Source: Deinococcus sp.
GTDB taxonomy: Bacteria; Deinococcota; Deinococci; Deinococcales; Deinococcaceae
Assembly: GCA_965261005.1 (NCBI GenBank)
Contig: OZ253375.1
Location: forward strand, 2,240,001-2,304,000
DNA: 64,000 nucleotides
Direction: 5' to 3'
Of the stretch, positions 36,610 to 46,213 are shown piece after piece. Position numbers and translations under genes: made by a program. The notes beneath the pieces were generated by a model. The model searched no databases, had not been told where the DNA came from, and saw only the letters and a list, made by a program, of their open reading frames with translations. Within the stretch, counting starts at the first letter, position 1. Every line of letters starts with the position of its first letter.

Positions 36610-37817
36610 GCCCCACCTTCCCGCGGCTGGCTTCCCCGCAACTCGCTCAGCAGCAGCATCAGGGTGCCGTGGGCGGCCCGCTCGATGCCGGTGCGGCGGT
36701 CGGTCGGCCACTGGGCAGAGCTGGCGCGCTCGTCGCTCGGCCCAACCACGGCCAGCACGTGGCCGGCCTCCCCCGGCAGCGAGACGGCGCCCCAATCGGC
36801 GTAGAAGCGTTTCCGCACGCTGCGCGCCAGTTGCAAGGCGACCTCCTCGGTGTGAATGCCGTTCGCCAGCGCCCCGGCCGTCACGCCGAGTTCCAAGAGG
36901 GTGTCGCGCTGCGTGACGATCAGGCCGCCCGCGTAGCTGGGCCGGGCCGGTTCGCACAGCAGCTCACCGAGCACGCCGCCGCCCGCCTCGACGCTGGCGA
37001 CGTTCTCGCCGCGCCCGCTCAAGGACGCCAAGACGATCCCGGCCAGCGTCTCGGCGTCGCGGCCGTAGAGGTGGTCGCCCAGCGCCGCCTCCACCCGCGC
37101 CAGCGCCAGCGCGGCGAGTTCGCGCGCTTCCTCTTCGCCGCCAGCGCTGGCGGCGACGCGCACGTCCACGCCGTGCCGGCGCGCGTAGGTGGCGACCGAG
37201 GGGTTGGCCTCCCGCGTCAAGTTGCCGAGAGCTTCGGCGATGTGGCTCTCGCCCAGGCCCCAGCTGTGCAGCGTGGTGTGCCACAGGGCGCGCTGCGGCA
37301 GCGTCAGGCGCGGCAAGACCTGCTCGCGCCACATCGGCTGCATCTCCCTGGGCGGGCCGGGCAGCGCCACGATGATCCTTTCGCCCAGCCGCACCAACCA
37401 GCCGGGCGCGGTGCCGTTGGGGTTCGGCAGCGCCTCCGCCGAGGGGATCAGCCAAGCCTGCTTGCGGTTGGCCTCCGGAAAGGAGCGCCCGCGCGACTCG
37501 AAGCGCTCGCGCAGGGGACGCAGCAGGTCATCCGCGACCTCGGGCGTTTCGCCCGCGACCTCGGCGATGGCCTCGCGGGTCAGGTCGTCGTCGGTGGGGC
37601 CGAGGCCGCCCCCGACGATCACCAGGTCGGCGCGCGACAGGGCCAAGCGCAGGGTGGCGGCGACGCGCCCCAGGTTGTCGCCCACCACGCTCTTGAAGTG
37701 CAGCGTCACGCCACGCGCCCTCAGTTCATTTGCGAGGTAGGCCGAGTTGCTGTCGAGGATTTCCCCCAACAGCAACTCGGTTCCCACGCTCACTATTTCT
37801 GCTGTCAACGTAACCAC
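36606..37817 (-). CDS. cinA: Competence/damage-inducible protein CinA
   Basis: AEIVSVGTELLLG, VGDN, GGLGPTDDDLTRE, GTAPG and LPGPPREM; start is GTG 37817 or TTG 37808. Confidence 0.93.
   Translation of the reverse strand: MVTLTAEIVSVGTELLLGEILDSNSAYLANELRARGVTLHFKSVVGDNLGRVAATLRLALSRADLVIVGGGLGPTDDDLTREAIAEVAGETPEVADDLLRPLRERFESRGRSFPEANRKQAWLIPSAEALPNPNGTAPGWLVRLGERIIVALPGPPREMQPMWREQVLPRLTLPQRALWHTTLHSWGLGESHIAEALGNLTREANPSVATYARRHGVDVRVAASAGGEEEARELAALALARVEAALGDHLYGRDAETLAGIVLASLSGRGENVASVEAGGGVLGELLCEPARPSYAGGLIVTQRDTLLELGVTAGALANGIHTEEVALQLARSVRKRFYADWGAVSLPGEAGHVLAVVGPSDERASSAQWPTDRRTGIERAAHGTLMLLLSELRGSQPREGGA
37797..37813 (-). promoter_or_regulatory. Radiation/desiccation response motif (RDRM, DdrO operator)
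   Basis: 17-bp pseudo-palindrome TTACGTTGACAGCAGAA overlapping the cinA start, 12 nt downstream of -10 TATACT (37831-37826). Confidence 0.8.
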
Positions 37818-37859
37818 TGCCGCCCAGTATACCCGAAAACGAAGCCCGGTGGGCGAAGA

Positions 37860-38756
37860 TCAACGGGCGCTCAGGAAGGACAGGGTCTCGTCGCGGGTGG
37901 GCATGCTGGGCTGGGCGCCGGTGCGCGTGCAGGCCAGGGCGGCGGCGGCGCTTGCCATGCTCAGGGCGCTTTCCAATTCGTCCCCGTCTGTCAAACCCGC
38001 GATCAGCACGCCCACGAAGGTGTCACCCGCCCCGGTGGTGTCCACGACCTGCACGGAAAAGGCGGGCAGGGTCAGCGGCTCGCCACCCGCCACGGCCAGA
38101 CAACCGCGCCCGCCCAGCGTCACCACGACGGTGGACGGGCCGAGGTTTTGCAAGCCGCGCGCCCGCGCCAACACGTCGCCGGTCAGACCGGCTGCGTCGG
38201 AAATGACCTTCAGCTCGCCCTCGTTGACGATCAGCACGTTCACGTTGGTGAGCAACTCCTTTCCCAGCGCCCGGGCGGGCGCGGCGTTCAGCACGACCTG
38301 GACGCCGGCCTGACGTGCCGCCCGCGCGTAGGCCGTCACCGCCTCCAAGGGGATTTCGAGCTGCATGACCAGGTGGCTCACCCCCGACAAATCGGGCAGG
38401 TGGTCCGGCGCCAAGCGCGCGTTCGCCCCGGAGGCTACCATGATGCTGTTCTCGCCCCCATCCGCCACGCCGATCAGGGCCGCGCCGGTTGGGGCGTCCA
38501 CCTCGCGCAGCGCGCCCAGGTCCACCCCGCTGTCCGAAAGCGACGTCCTGAGCAGGTCGGCGTAGCTGTCTTTGCCGACCGCCCCCAACATGTGGACCCG
38601 CGCCCCGGCCCGCGCGCAGGCGACCGCTTGGTTGGCCCCCTTGCCGCCCGGCGTCACGCTATACGTTGGCCCCAGCACCGTCTCGCCCGGTTCCGGCAGG
38701 TGGGGTACCCGCACGGTCAGGTCCACGTTTAGCGAGCCGGCGACCAGGACGCTCAT
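37860..38756 (-). CDS. rbsK: Ribokinase (PfkB family)
   Basis: GSLNVD, PGGKGANQA, LNAAPA, VNEGE and VDTTGAGDTF. Confidence 0.92.
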   Translation of the reverse strand: MSVLVAGSLNVDLTVRVPHLPEPGETVLGPTYSVTPGGKGANQAVACARAGARVHMLGAVGKDSYADLLRTSLSDSGVDLGALREVDAPTGAALIGVADGGENSIMVASGANARLAPDHLPDLSGVSHLVMQLEIPLEAVTAYARAARQAGVQVVLNAAPARALGKELLTNVNVLIVNEGELKVISDAAGLTGDVLARARGLQNLGPSTVVVTLGGRGCLAVAGGEPLTLPAFSVQVVDTTGAGDTFVGVLIAGLTDGDELESALSMASAAAALACTRTGAQPSMPTRDETLSFLSAR

Positions 38757-39673
38757 TCTTCCGCCGCCGCCCCTTCTGCCGACAGGATGGCCGCCCGCAG
38801 CGCCGCCGCCGGCGTGTCCCCCTCGCCGCGCTCGGCGCGCTCCACCTTGTCGAGCCAAGCCTCGAAGCCCCCGCCGCGCCGCCTGATCCGCAGGTCAATA
38901 AAGCCGGCCACCTCGGCGCGGGCGAACAGGGTGCCCAGCTCCTCCACATGTGAAAAGCCTTGCCGCGCCAAGATCTCCGTCAGCAGCCCCTCGCGCGCCT
39001 CCATGGTGCCCCCCGGCGAGAAGTAGCGCGCGAGCGTTCCCGCCCAGTCGCCGCGCTTGGTGACGGGCGCCATGTTGTTCATGGCGGCCTCCAACTCCAG
39101 GCTTTCCGGCTCGCGGTAGCGGTCCTCATGAACGACCAGCTTGCGCGGCAGACGCGGGCGGTGCTTGGGGTCCTCGGTCGGCACGCCCACCACCAAGCCG
39201 GCGAAGGGGAAGACCCCTTCTGGCAGGGCCAGCCGCTCCACCACCTCTGGCAGGGCGCTCAGCACCCCGCCGATCCAGCACCCCCGGTAGCCCAGCATTT
39301 CGGCGGCGGTCAAGAGGTTCTGCCCCGCCATCACCGCGTCGCCGATGGCGAAGTGAACCGCTGTGGCGGGCCACTCGCCCCAAGCGAAGCCGCGCCGGGC
39401 CAGCAGCAACCTCAGGCGGTGAACGTCGGCGCAGACCACGAACGCCTCGCTGGCACTGGCAAGGTGGGGGTTTCCGGTCGCCCCCGCCATCCAGGCGCGC
39501 AGGGCCGGGTCGCGCAGGCGCACGAAGCTGTACATCTGCGCCGTCGCGTCGGTCGGGGCGCGCTGGGCCGCGTGCAGAAGGGTGTCCAGGTGCTCCGGCG
39601 GCATGGGGGTGGGCGCGAACTCGCGCGCCGTCCAGTGAGAGTCGAAAAAGGCGTTGACTTCCTCGGGGGTCAT
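38753..39673 (-). CDS. Nitroreductase (NfsA/FRP-like) with a C-terminal extension
   Basis: HWTAREF, AAQRAPT, QNLLTAAE.LGY.GCWIGG and RPRLP; ATG 6 nt after TACCCT. Confidence 0.87.
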   Translation of the reverse strand: MTPEEVNAFFDSHWTAREFAPTPMPPEHLDTLLHAAQRAPTDATAQMYSFVRLRDPALRAWMAGATGNPHLASASEAFVVCADVHRLRLLLARRGFAWGEWPATAVHFAIGDAVMAGQNLLTAAEMLGYRGCWIGGVLSALPEVVERLALPEGVFPFAGLVVGVPTEDPKHRPRLPRKLVVHEDRYREPESLELEAAMNNMAPVTKRGDWAGTLARYFSPGGTMEAREGLLTEILARQGFSHVEELGTLFARAEVAGFIDLRIRRRGGGFEAWLDKVERAERGEGDTPAAALRAAILSAEGAAAEE

Positions 39674-39706
39674 GGGGAGAGGGTAGCAGGCTGCTACCTT
39701 TTTGCT
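39674..39706. promoter_or_regulatory. Palindromic bidirectional promoter for two leaderless genes
   Basis: GGTAGCAG-G-CTGCTACC palindrome; each arm gives an extended -10 (TGCTACCTT and TGCTACCCT) 6 nt before a start codon. Confidence 0.65.
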
Positions 39707-40267
39707 GTGAACGTTCTCGATCTCTACCGCGAGCGCGGCGCCCTGCACGAGGGGCACTTTCTGCTGGCCTCGGGGCGCCACTCGCCCGTGTTCTTGCAGT
39801 CCACCACGGTGTTGCAGTGGCCGGACCTCGCCGGTCAGTTGGGGCAGGCCCTCGCCGAAAAAGTCCGTGCGGCCGGCCTCGCGCCCAGCTTCGTGATCGG
39901 CCCGGCGATGGGCGGCGTGACCCTGGCCTTTGAAGTGGCCCGCCAGCTGGGGGCGCGCGCCCTGTTCGCGGAAAAGGATGGCAAGGGCGGCATGACCGTG
40001 CGGGACGCCTTTCAAATTGGGTCAGGGGAGCCGTTTCTGGCCGTCGAGGACGTGCTGACCACCGGGGGCAGCGTCTTAAAGGCGCTGTGGGCGACCCAGG
40101 AGCGCGGCGGCGTCCCGCTGGCGGTCGCCTGCATCGTGGACCGCCGAGCACAGGAGGGACCGCTGGAGGGGTTGCCGCTCTTATCTCTGGAGCGGCTCAC
40201 CTTCGAGACCTACGCGCCCGAAGACGTGCCGGCTTGGCTGGCCGCGCGCCCCCTGCAAGAGATTTGA
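39707..40267 (+). CDS. pyrE: Orotate phosphoribosyltransferase
   Basis: GHFLLASGRHS, GPAMGG and the PRPP motif VEDVLTTGGS; GTG start. Confidence 0.94.
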   Translation: MNVLDLYRERGALHEGHFLLASGRHSPVFLQSTTVLQWPDLAGQLGQALAEKVRAAGLAPSFVIGPAMGGVTLAFEVARQLGARALFAEKDGKGGMTVRDAFQIGSGEPFLAVEDVLTTGGSVLKALWATQERGGVPLAVACIVDRRAQEGPLEGLPLLSLERLTFETYAPEDVPAWLAARPLQEI

Positions 40268-40881
40268 TGCGAATTCTGCTGGTCGTGGCTACAAAGGGCG
40301 AGGCGGAGAACTTGGCCCCACTCGGCCACGCCCTGAGCGTGTGCGGCGTCGGGGCGGTGAACGCGGCGCTGGCGACGGCGGACGCGCTGCGCGGGGATGG
40401 CTTCGATCTGGCTGTCAGCGCGGGCATCGGCGGCGCCTACCCGGCTTCTAGGCTGGTGCCCGGCGACCTGGCCGTGTCGAGCGAGATGATTTATGGCGGC
40501 CTGGGCGCGCTGGACGGTAAGCATTTTCTAGACCTAGAGGCGCTCGGTTTGCCCTTGCTGCCGGGCGTCTACAACCGCCTGCCAGCTTGGGACGGCGCGC
40601 GGGCCTTCGCCGAGGAAATCGGCGCGGCGTGTGGCCCGACCCTGACGCTCGACACCGTGACGGGGAGCTTGGATGGGGCGCGCAGCTTGGAGGCGCGCTT
40701 TCCCGGCGCCCTGACCGAGGGCATGGAGGGGGCGGGCGTGGCCCACGCCGCGCGGCTGGCAGGTGTGCCGGCCGTGGAGCTGCGCGCCGTGTCCAACCTG
40801 GTCGGCCCGCGGGACCGGGCGGCCTGGCGCGTGCCGGAGGCGCTGGCGGCGCTGCGCGTGGCCTTGGAGCGCCTGACCTGA
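40267..40881 (+). CDS. mqnB: Futalosine hydrolase
   Basis: MRILLVVAT..EA, GVGAVNAA, SAGIGGAY, TVTGS, EGMEGAGVA and RAVSNLVGPRDRAAW. Confidence 0.88.
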   Translation: MRILLVVATKGEAENLAPLGHALSVCGVGAVNAALATADALRGDGFDLAVSAGIGGAYPASRLVPGDLAVSSEMIYGGLGALDGKHFLDLEALGLPLLPGVYNRLPAWDGARAFAEEIGAACGPTLTLDTVTGSLDGARSLEARFPGALTEGMEGAGVAHAARLAGVPAVELRAVSNLVGPRDRAAWRVPEALAALRVALERLT

Positions 40882-40886
40882 CGGGC

Positions 40887-41399
40887 CTAGCCTGACGGCG
40901 TCCAGTCGGTGAGCCGGCGGTCGAAGGGGAGAGGGTAGGCGGCCGTGATCCGCACGTGCTGGATGTCCGGGTGCAGCGGGTTGAGCATCAAGTTGCTGGC
41001 CTCGCTCCTGAGTTCAAGCGGCATCAGCGCGCACGGCACCGCCAGCGCGAGGGCGCGCTTCTCGGCAAGAAAAGTGCTGCCGTAGTCCTGGGTCGCCTGG
41101 TTCCAGTCGCCGTCGTTCCAGTTGAGGGGCAACTCGGCGTCTGGCACCGTCTCGACGCTTCCGCCGCTGATCTCAACACGCATCACGTGATACGGCGCGA
41201 GGCGCCCGAAGCTGTGGACGTTGGCGAGGATTTCCAGCATGACCAAGGGCGGCGTGCTGCTGGTGTACAGCACGGGGGCGCCTGGGTTGTGCCAGCGCCC
41301 GGGGCCGATCAGGCCGCCGTCGCCGCGCAACGCCCGGACGCGGTCTTCGCTGGGAACGGCGCGCCAGACGACCAGCGTGCCAGCGATCTCTTCAGACAA
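40887..41399 (-). CDS. RES-domain toxin, second copy
   Basis: GRWHNPG.PVLYTS, MLEIL, TQDYG, LAVPC and NLMLNP.HP; TTG start overlapping the end of the antitoxin. Confidence 0.85.
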   Translation of the reverse strand: MSEEIAGTLVVWRAVPSEDRVRALRGDGGLIGPGRWHNPGAPVLYTSSTPPLVMLEILANVHSFGRLAPYHVMRVEISGGSVETVPDAELPLNWNDGDWNQATQDYGSTFLAEKRALALAVPCALMPLELRSEASNLMLNPLHPDIQHVRITAAYPLPFDRRLTDWTPSG

Positions 41400-41835
41400 A
41401 GATGCCGTCCTGCGCCGCGCCAATCAAATCGAGAACGCGCTGGGCACCGAACTCAAAGGCGCCATACTCCAGCGGCGTCTTGCCGGAAAGGGCGCGGTGA
41501 GGTTCGTCCAGCCAGCGGCGCCCCTCAGTGGGGCCGAAGAAGCCGTAGGCCGCCTCCACGACGCGGGCGAGCCGCACCATGCGCTCGCTTTCCGGCGGGT
41601 CAAGCTTGCCCTGAGCGCGGCGGCGGCTGTAGGTCGCCCAGGGAATGCGGACGCGCCCGAGCACGGTTTTCACGTCCTCGCCGAGCAGCTTGGCCAGCAG
41701 GCCGACGCTCTCCGTGGGCAGCCCCTCTTGCAGCGCTTCGAGCAGTTGGCTGAGGCTGCGCGCCTCCAGCCGGAGGGCACGGGCGCCCAGCACCGCTGGG
41801 GGCGACGCGGACAGGCTTGTTCGGTTGATGTCCAT
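41392..41835 (-). CDS. Xre/MbcA/ParS-type antitoxin, second copy
   Basis: ATYSRRR..GKLDPPESERMVRLARV and WLDEP..ALSGKTPLE...DGIF. Confidence 0.9.
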   Translation of the reverse strand: MDINRTSLSASPPAVLGARALRLEARSLSQLLEALQEGLPTESVGLLAKLLGEDVKTVLGRVRIPWATYSRRRAQGKLDPPESERMVRLARVVEAAYGFFGPTEGRRWLDEPHRALSGKTPLEYGAFEFGAQRVLDLIGAAQDGIFV

Positions 41836-41863
41836 ATGAACATTCTAGTACACCATATGGACA
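41829..41863. promoter_or_regulatory. Inverted-repeat operator around the promoter of the second TA pair
   Basis: TGTCCATATG-N15-CATATGGACA enclosing -10 TAGAAT (41847-41842, minus strand). Confidence 0.65.
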
Positions 41864-41925
41864 CTCAAGCTTCATTCATCTTTGAAGCGAGCCGTTAACG
41901 CGCCGCCCCTTATGCTGAGGGGGAC

Positions 41926-42327
41926 ATGACCAACCCCCTGTATTCGCCCAAGACCGTGATGAAGCCCTGGGGCCGCGAAATCTGGTACGCCGACCAAGAG
42001 CATTACGCCGGCAAGGTGCTGGAAGTGAACGCCGGCGCCCGCCTGAGCCTGCAATACCACGAACGCAAGACCGAGACGCTCTACCTGCTGTCGGGCAAGG
42101 TGCGCCTCACCTTCGCGCCGGTGCCGGAAGGGCAGCGGCCGAGCGCGGACGTGCCGGCGGAGGACGTTTACGAGTGGAACCCCGGCCAGGCCGTTCACAT
42201 TCCGGCGCGCACCATCCACCGCTTCGAGGCCGTGGAGGACAGCGTCTTGCTGGAAGTCTCCACCCCCGACTTGACCGACGTGGTGCGCCTCCAAGACGAC
42301 TACGCCCGCCCGGACCGGGACGCCTGA
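41926..42327 (+). CDS. Cupin protein, mannose-6-phosphate isomerase-like
   Basis: [15 protein letters not shown] and TIHRF; adjacent to manC. Confidence 0.82.
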   Translation: MTNPLYSPKTVMKPWGREIWYADQEHYAGKVLEVNAGARLSLQYHERKTETLYLLSGKVRLTFAPVPEGQRPSADVPAEDVYEWNPGQAVHIPARTIHRFEAVEDSVLLEVSTPDLTDVVRLQDDYARPDRDA

Positions 42328-42328
42328 G

Positions 42329-43414
42329 ATGACCACCCCTTCTGCGGCGAACTTCTACCCGGTCATTCTGGCGGGCGGCAGCGGCGAGCGTTTCTGGCCC
42401 CTCTCGCGCCGGGCCAAGCCCAAGCAGTTCCTGGCCCTGGACGACACCGGCCTGAGCCTGCTTCAGGCCACCGTGGAGCGCGTGGCTGGCCTGAGCGACG
42501 GGCTGGAGAGCGTGTTCGTGGTGACCGGCAACGACCACCGCGCCCTGGTGCTGGAGCAATTGCCGGACCTGCCGCTGGAGAACCTGCTGGTCGAGCCGGT
42601 CGGGCGCGACACCGCCCCCGCCGTGCTGTACGCGGCCCTCAAGCTGGCGCAGGTGGACCCAGGCGGCGTGATGGGGGTGTTTCCCTCCGATCACCGCGTC
42701 GGCGACGTGCCCGCCTTTGACCGCGCCGTGCGGCGCGCCCGCCACGCCGCCGAGAAGTACGGCGCGCTGGTCACGCTGGGGATCGCCCCGACTTACCCCG
42801 CCACCGGCTACGGCTACATCGAGCGCGGCCCGGAAGTCGAGGGCGGCGACCTCCCGCTGTACGCGGTGTCGCAGTTCGTGGAAAAGCCCGAGTTGGAGCG
42901 CGCCGAGCAGTTCGTGAGGGATGGCGGCTACGCTTGGAACGGCGGCATGTTCGTGTGGACCCTGGCGGCCATTCTGGACGCCTACCGCACATGGCAACCG
43001 AAGTTGTTCGCGGCCCTCAGCGCCGCCGTGGACACGCGTGGCGGCGTCAAGGGCGTGTTTCCGACCTTGGAGAAAATCAGCATCGACTACGCCGTGCTGG
43101 AGCGCGCGCGCAACGTCATGCTGGTACCGGCCGACTTCGCTTGGGACGACATGGGCGACTGGAACAGCTTGGAGCGCCTGCTGCGCGGCAGCGGCACCAA
43201 CGTCGAGGTTGGGCGCCACGTCGGCCTCGATACCGACGGCGCCATTCTGTACACCACCGGCGGCGACGACTTGATCGCCACCATCGGCCTGGAGGACGTG
43301 GTGGTGGTACGCGCCGGCGAGGTCACGCTGGTGGTCCGCAAGGACCGCACCCAGGACATCAAAAAGGTCGTGGCGCAGCTGAAAAATAACCCGGAGCTGG
43401 AACGCTTCGCCTGA
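42329..43414 (+). CDS. manC: Mannose-1-phosphate guanylyltransferase
   Basis: [39 protein letters not shown] and SIDYAVLE. Confidence 0.94.
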   Translation: MTTPSAANFYPVILAGGSGERFWPLSRRAKPKQFLALDDTGLSLLQATVERVAGLSDGLESVFVVTGNDHRALVLEQLPDLPLENLLVEPVGRDTAPAVLYAALKLAQVDPGGVMGVFPSDHRVGDVPAFDRAVRRARHAAEKYGALVTLGIAPTYPATGYGYIERGPEVEGGDLPLYAVSQFVEKPELERAEQFVRDGGYAWNGGMFVWTLAAILDAYRTWQPKLFAALSAAVDTRGGVKGVFPTLEKISIDYAVLERARNVMLVPADFAWDDMGDWNSLERLLRGSGTNVEVGRHVGLDTDGAILYTTGGDDLIATIGLEDVVVVRAGEVTLVVRKDRTQDIKKVVAQLKNNPELERFA

Positions 43415-43502
43415 GCGGCCCCCCGTTCTTCCCAAGTAGACGCTGCCCAGCTCGGTTCTGTTAGGCTTTGGGTGTTCAGGTTCTGCCTGACCTTACCCAT
43501 CC

Positions 43503-44951
43503 ATGAACGACTTGTCCGACGCCCAGCTCACGCCGCCCGGCCAGGTCGCGCGCGGCGCCGGTCTCGCGCCCGCCTTGCGCTCGCTTCCGCAGGGTTTGGT
43601 CTTCTTCTTCGGCGATCTGCTGTGTGCCCTGCTGATCTACTGGGCCGTCAACGCCTACCTGGCGTTGATCGGCAACACGCTCTTGTCGCGCGCCTACGTG
43701 CTGCTGTGGCTGGGCATTTGGCTGCTGCTGCGCGCGTATCAGGGGCTGTATCCCGGCTACGGCCGCGCGCCGCACATGGAATTGCGGCTGCACACCGTCG
43801 GCACGGTGCAGGCCGCCTTCGCACAGTTCGCGGTCACCTACGCCGTCCACGACTTTGACCGCAGCCGGCTTGGACTGGGGCTGCTGTGGCTGCTGCTCTA
43901 CTTGCTGGCGCTGCCGCTGCGCTACCTGTTGCGCGCCCTGCTGATTCACCTCGGCGTGTTCGGCCGGCCGGTCGCCGTCATCGGGGCGGGCAAGACCGGC
44001 GAATTGGCGGTGCAGTACCTGTGTGGTCATCCGGCCTACGGCCTCAGGCCGGTGGCGATCTACGACGACAACCCGGACCTGTGGGGCACGCGGCTGCACG
44101 GCGTGCCGGTGCTGGGCGACATCGGTGAGGCGCTCGCGCGCCCACGCGCGCCGCAAGCCATTATCAGCATTCCGGGCGCGCGGGCCGGCGTGCAGCGTGA
44201 CATCATCAACGCCGTCCACGCCGTGTACCCGGTCACTTGGGCCACGCCAGACTTCTTCGGGGTGCCGAACCAAGCCCTCGTGCCGCACACGCTGGGCACC
44301 CACGCCACCTTGGAGGTGCGCAACAACTTGCGCAGCCGCCGCTCGCGCTTCACCAAGCGGCTGATCGATGTTCTCGGCGGCGCCTTGATCTCCCTGCTGA
44401 TCCTGCCGCTGCTGCTGCTGATCGCCCTCTTGATCCGGCTCGATAGCCGTGGGCCGGCGCTGTACAAGGCGCGGCGCCTGGGGCGCGGCGGGCAGTATTT
44501 TGGCTGCTACAAGTTCCGGTCCATGCGGCGGGACGCGGACGCGCAGCTGGAACTCCTGCTGTCCCGTGACCCCGAACTGCGCGCCGAGTTCGAGGCGACC
44601 CACAAGCTGCGCCGGGACCCGCGCGTGACGCCGCTGGGCGCCTTTTTGCGCCGCACCAGCCTCGACGAGCTGCCGCAGCTGCTGAACGTGTTGCGCGGCG
44701 AGATGAGCTTGGTCGGCCCGCGCCCCATCGTGCAGGCCGAGGTTGCCCGCTACGGCGACATCTACCGCCTCTACACCCAGGTGCGCCCCGGCATCACCGG
44801 CTACTGGCAGGTGAACGGGCGTAGCGAGACCTCCTACGAGGAGCGCGTGGAGATGGACAACTTCTATGTGTCCAACTGGACGCCGTGGCTCGACTTCGTG
44901 ATCCTGATTCAGACCGTGCGCGTGGTCGCGCTGGGCAAGGGGGCCTACTAG
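43503..44951 (+). CDS. wbaP: Undecaprenyl-phosphate hexose-1-phosphate transferase (WbaP family, priming enzyme)
   Basis: N-terminal TM region and IGAG Rossmann-like segment, then [24 protein letters not shown] and PGITGYWQV. Confidence 0.88.
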   Translation: MNDLSDAQLTPPGQVARGAGLAPALRSLPQGLVFFFGDLLCALLIYWAVNAYLALIGNTLLSRAYVLLWLGIWLLLRAYQGLYPGYGRAPHMELRLHTVGTVQAAFAQFAVTYAVHDFDRSRLGLGLLWLLLYLLALPLRYLLRALLIHLGVFGRPVAVIGAGKTGELAVQYLCGHPAYGLRPVAIYDDNPDLWGTRLHGVPVLGDIGEALARPRAPQAIISIPGARAGVQRDIINAVHAVYPVTWATPDFFGVPNQALVPHTLGTHATLEVRNNLRSRRSRFTKRLIDVLGGALISLLILPLLLLIALLIRLDSRGPALYKARRLGRGGQYFGCYKFRSMRRDADAQLELLLSRDPELRAEFEATHKLRRDPRVTPLGAFLRRTSLDELPQLLNVLRGEMSLVGPRPIVQAEVARYGDIYRLYTQVRPGITGYWQVNGRSETSYEERVEMDNFYVSNWTPWLDFVILIQTVRVVALGKGAY

Positions 44952-44953
44952 CC

Positions 44954-46213
44954 TTGTCCGGCGCGGCCAGAACAAAGATCCAGCAGGCGGGCGTCGTGTA
45001 CCTGGCTTATCTATCGCGCGCCTTCGCGTTCGTGCTGCTGGTGCCGCTTCTCAGCCGCGCCATTTCCAAGCCGGTGTGGGGCAGCGTGCTGGTCGGACAG
45101 GCCTTGGTGGTCTGGCTGGTGCTGCTGCTGGAGTTTGGCTTCGCCTTGTCGGTGGCGCGCGCGGTCACGGTGCAGCGCCACGACCCCGCCCTGGTCGCGC
45201 GCCTGTTGGGCGACGTGGTGAGCGCCAAGATCATGCTGGCCGCGCTGGCCGCCGCGCTGGCCGTTCCCTTGATCCTGGCGTCCGCGCCGCTGCGCGCGCA
45301 CCCGCTGCTGGCCGTACTTGCGGTCGGGCAGGCGCTGGTGCAGGGCTTCGGTTTGTTGTGGTACTACCAAGCCAGCGAGCAGCTCTACCGCTTCTCGCTG
45401 GCCGACCTGGCGGGCCGCGCTCTGTACTTGCCCGGGGTCCTGCTGACCGTGCGCGGCGACGCTGGGGCGCCGTGGGTTTTTGGCCTGGCCATCGTGAGCG
45501 GCCTGCTGGTCAACCTGTGGACCTACCGCGACGTGCGGCGGCACTTACCGCCCTTCACCCTGAGCTGGCGCGGCGGCCTGCGCTCGCTGCGCGAAGGCGC
45601 TTTGCTGTCGGGCTTTACCCTGGTGACCAGCGTGTATACCATTGCCAGCCTGCTGATTCTGGGCTTCTTCGCGCCGGCGGCGGTGCTGGCCGCCTACGGC
45701 AACGCCGACCGCTTGGTGCGCGCCGCCGTCGGCGTGATCGGCCCCCTCAACCAGATGGTTTTCCCACGCGCGACGGCCCTGTTTCACGCCGGCCCCCAGC
45801 AGGGGCTGCGCTTCGCGCGCGCCTCGGTCGCGCTGTTCGCGCTTTTGGGCCTCGCGGGTTACGCTGTGGGTTGGCTGCTGGCGGACCGCATCGTTATCGG
45901 CTTTTTCGGTCCCCAGTATGCCGACACCGTCCCATACTTCCGCACCCTGCTGTGGCTGCTGCCCCTGACGGCGGTGAACACCGCCCTCGGCTTTCACGTG
46001 CTGCTCGCTCTGCGGCATGACCGGACCTTCGCGCTGATCTACACGGTTGTCAGCGTGCTGAGCTTGGGCCTGATGCTGGCCCTGCTGCCCGGGTACGGCG
46101 CGCGCGCGCTGGCCGATATCGTGGTGGGGGCCGAGGTCGCCGCCCTGATCGCGCTGGTCTGCGGCGCGGCGCTGATTTTGACCAGGGCGCGTCAGGTGAG
46201 CGGCGCCTCGTGA
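44954..46213 (+). CDS. wzx: Wzx oligosaccharide flippase 1
   Basis: Multi-TM; PLLSRA, LEFGFAL, WYYQASE, Y..ADRL and FPR; TTG start 2 nt after wbaP. Confidence 0.8.
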   Translation: MSGAARTKIQQAGVVYLAYLSRAFAFVLLVPLLSRAISKPVWGSVLVGQALVVWLVLLLEFGFALSVARAVTVQRHDPALVARLLGDVVSAKIMLAALAAALAVPLILASAPLRAHPLLAVLAVGQALVQGFGLLWYYQASEQLYRFSLADLAGRALYLPGVLLTVRGDAGAPWVFGLAIVSGLLVNLWTYRDVRRHLPPFTLSWRGGLRSLREGALLSGFTLVTSVYTIASLLILGFFAPAAVLAAYGNADRLVRAAVGVIGPLNQMVFPRATALFHAGPQQGLRFARASVALFALLGLAGYAVGWLLADRIVIGFFGPQYADTVPYFRTLLWLLPLTAVNTALGFHVLLALRHDRTFALIYTVVSVLSLGLMLALLPGYGARALADIVVGAEVAALIALVCGAALILTRARQVSGAS

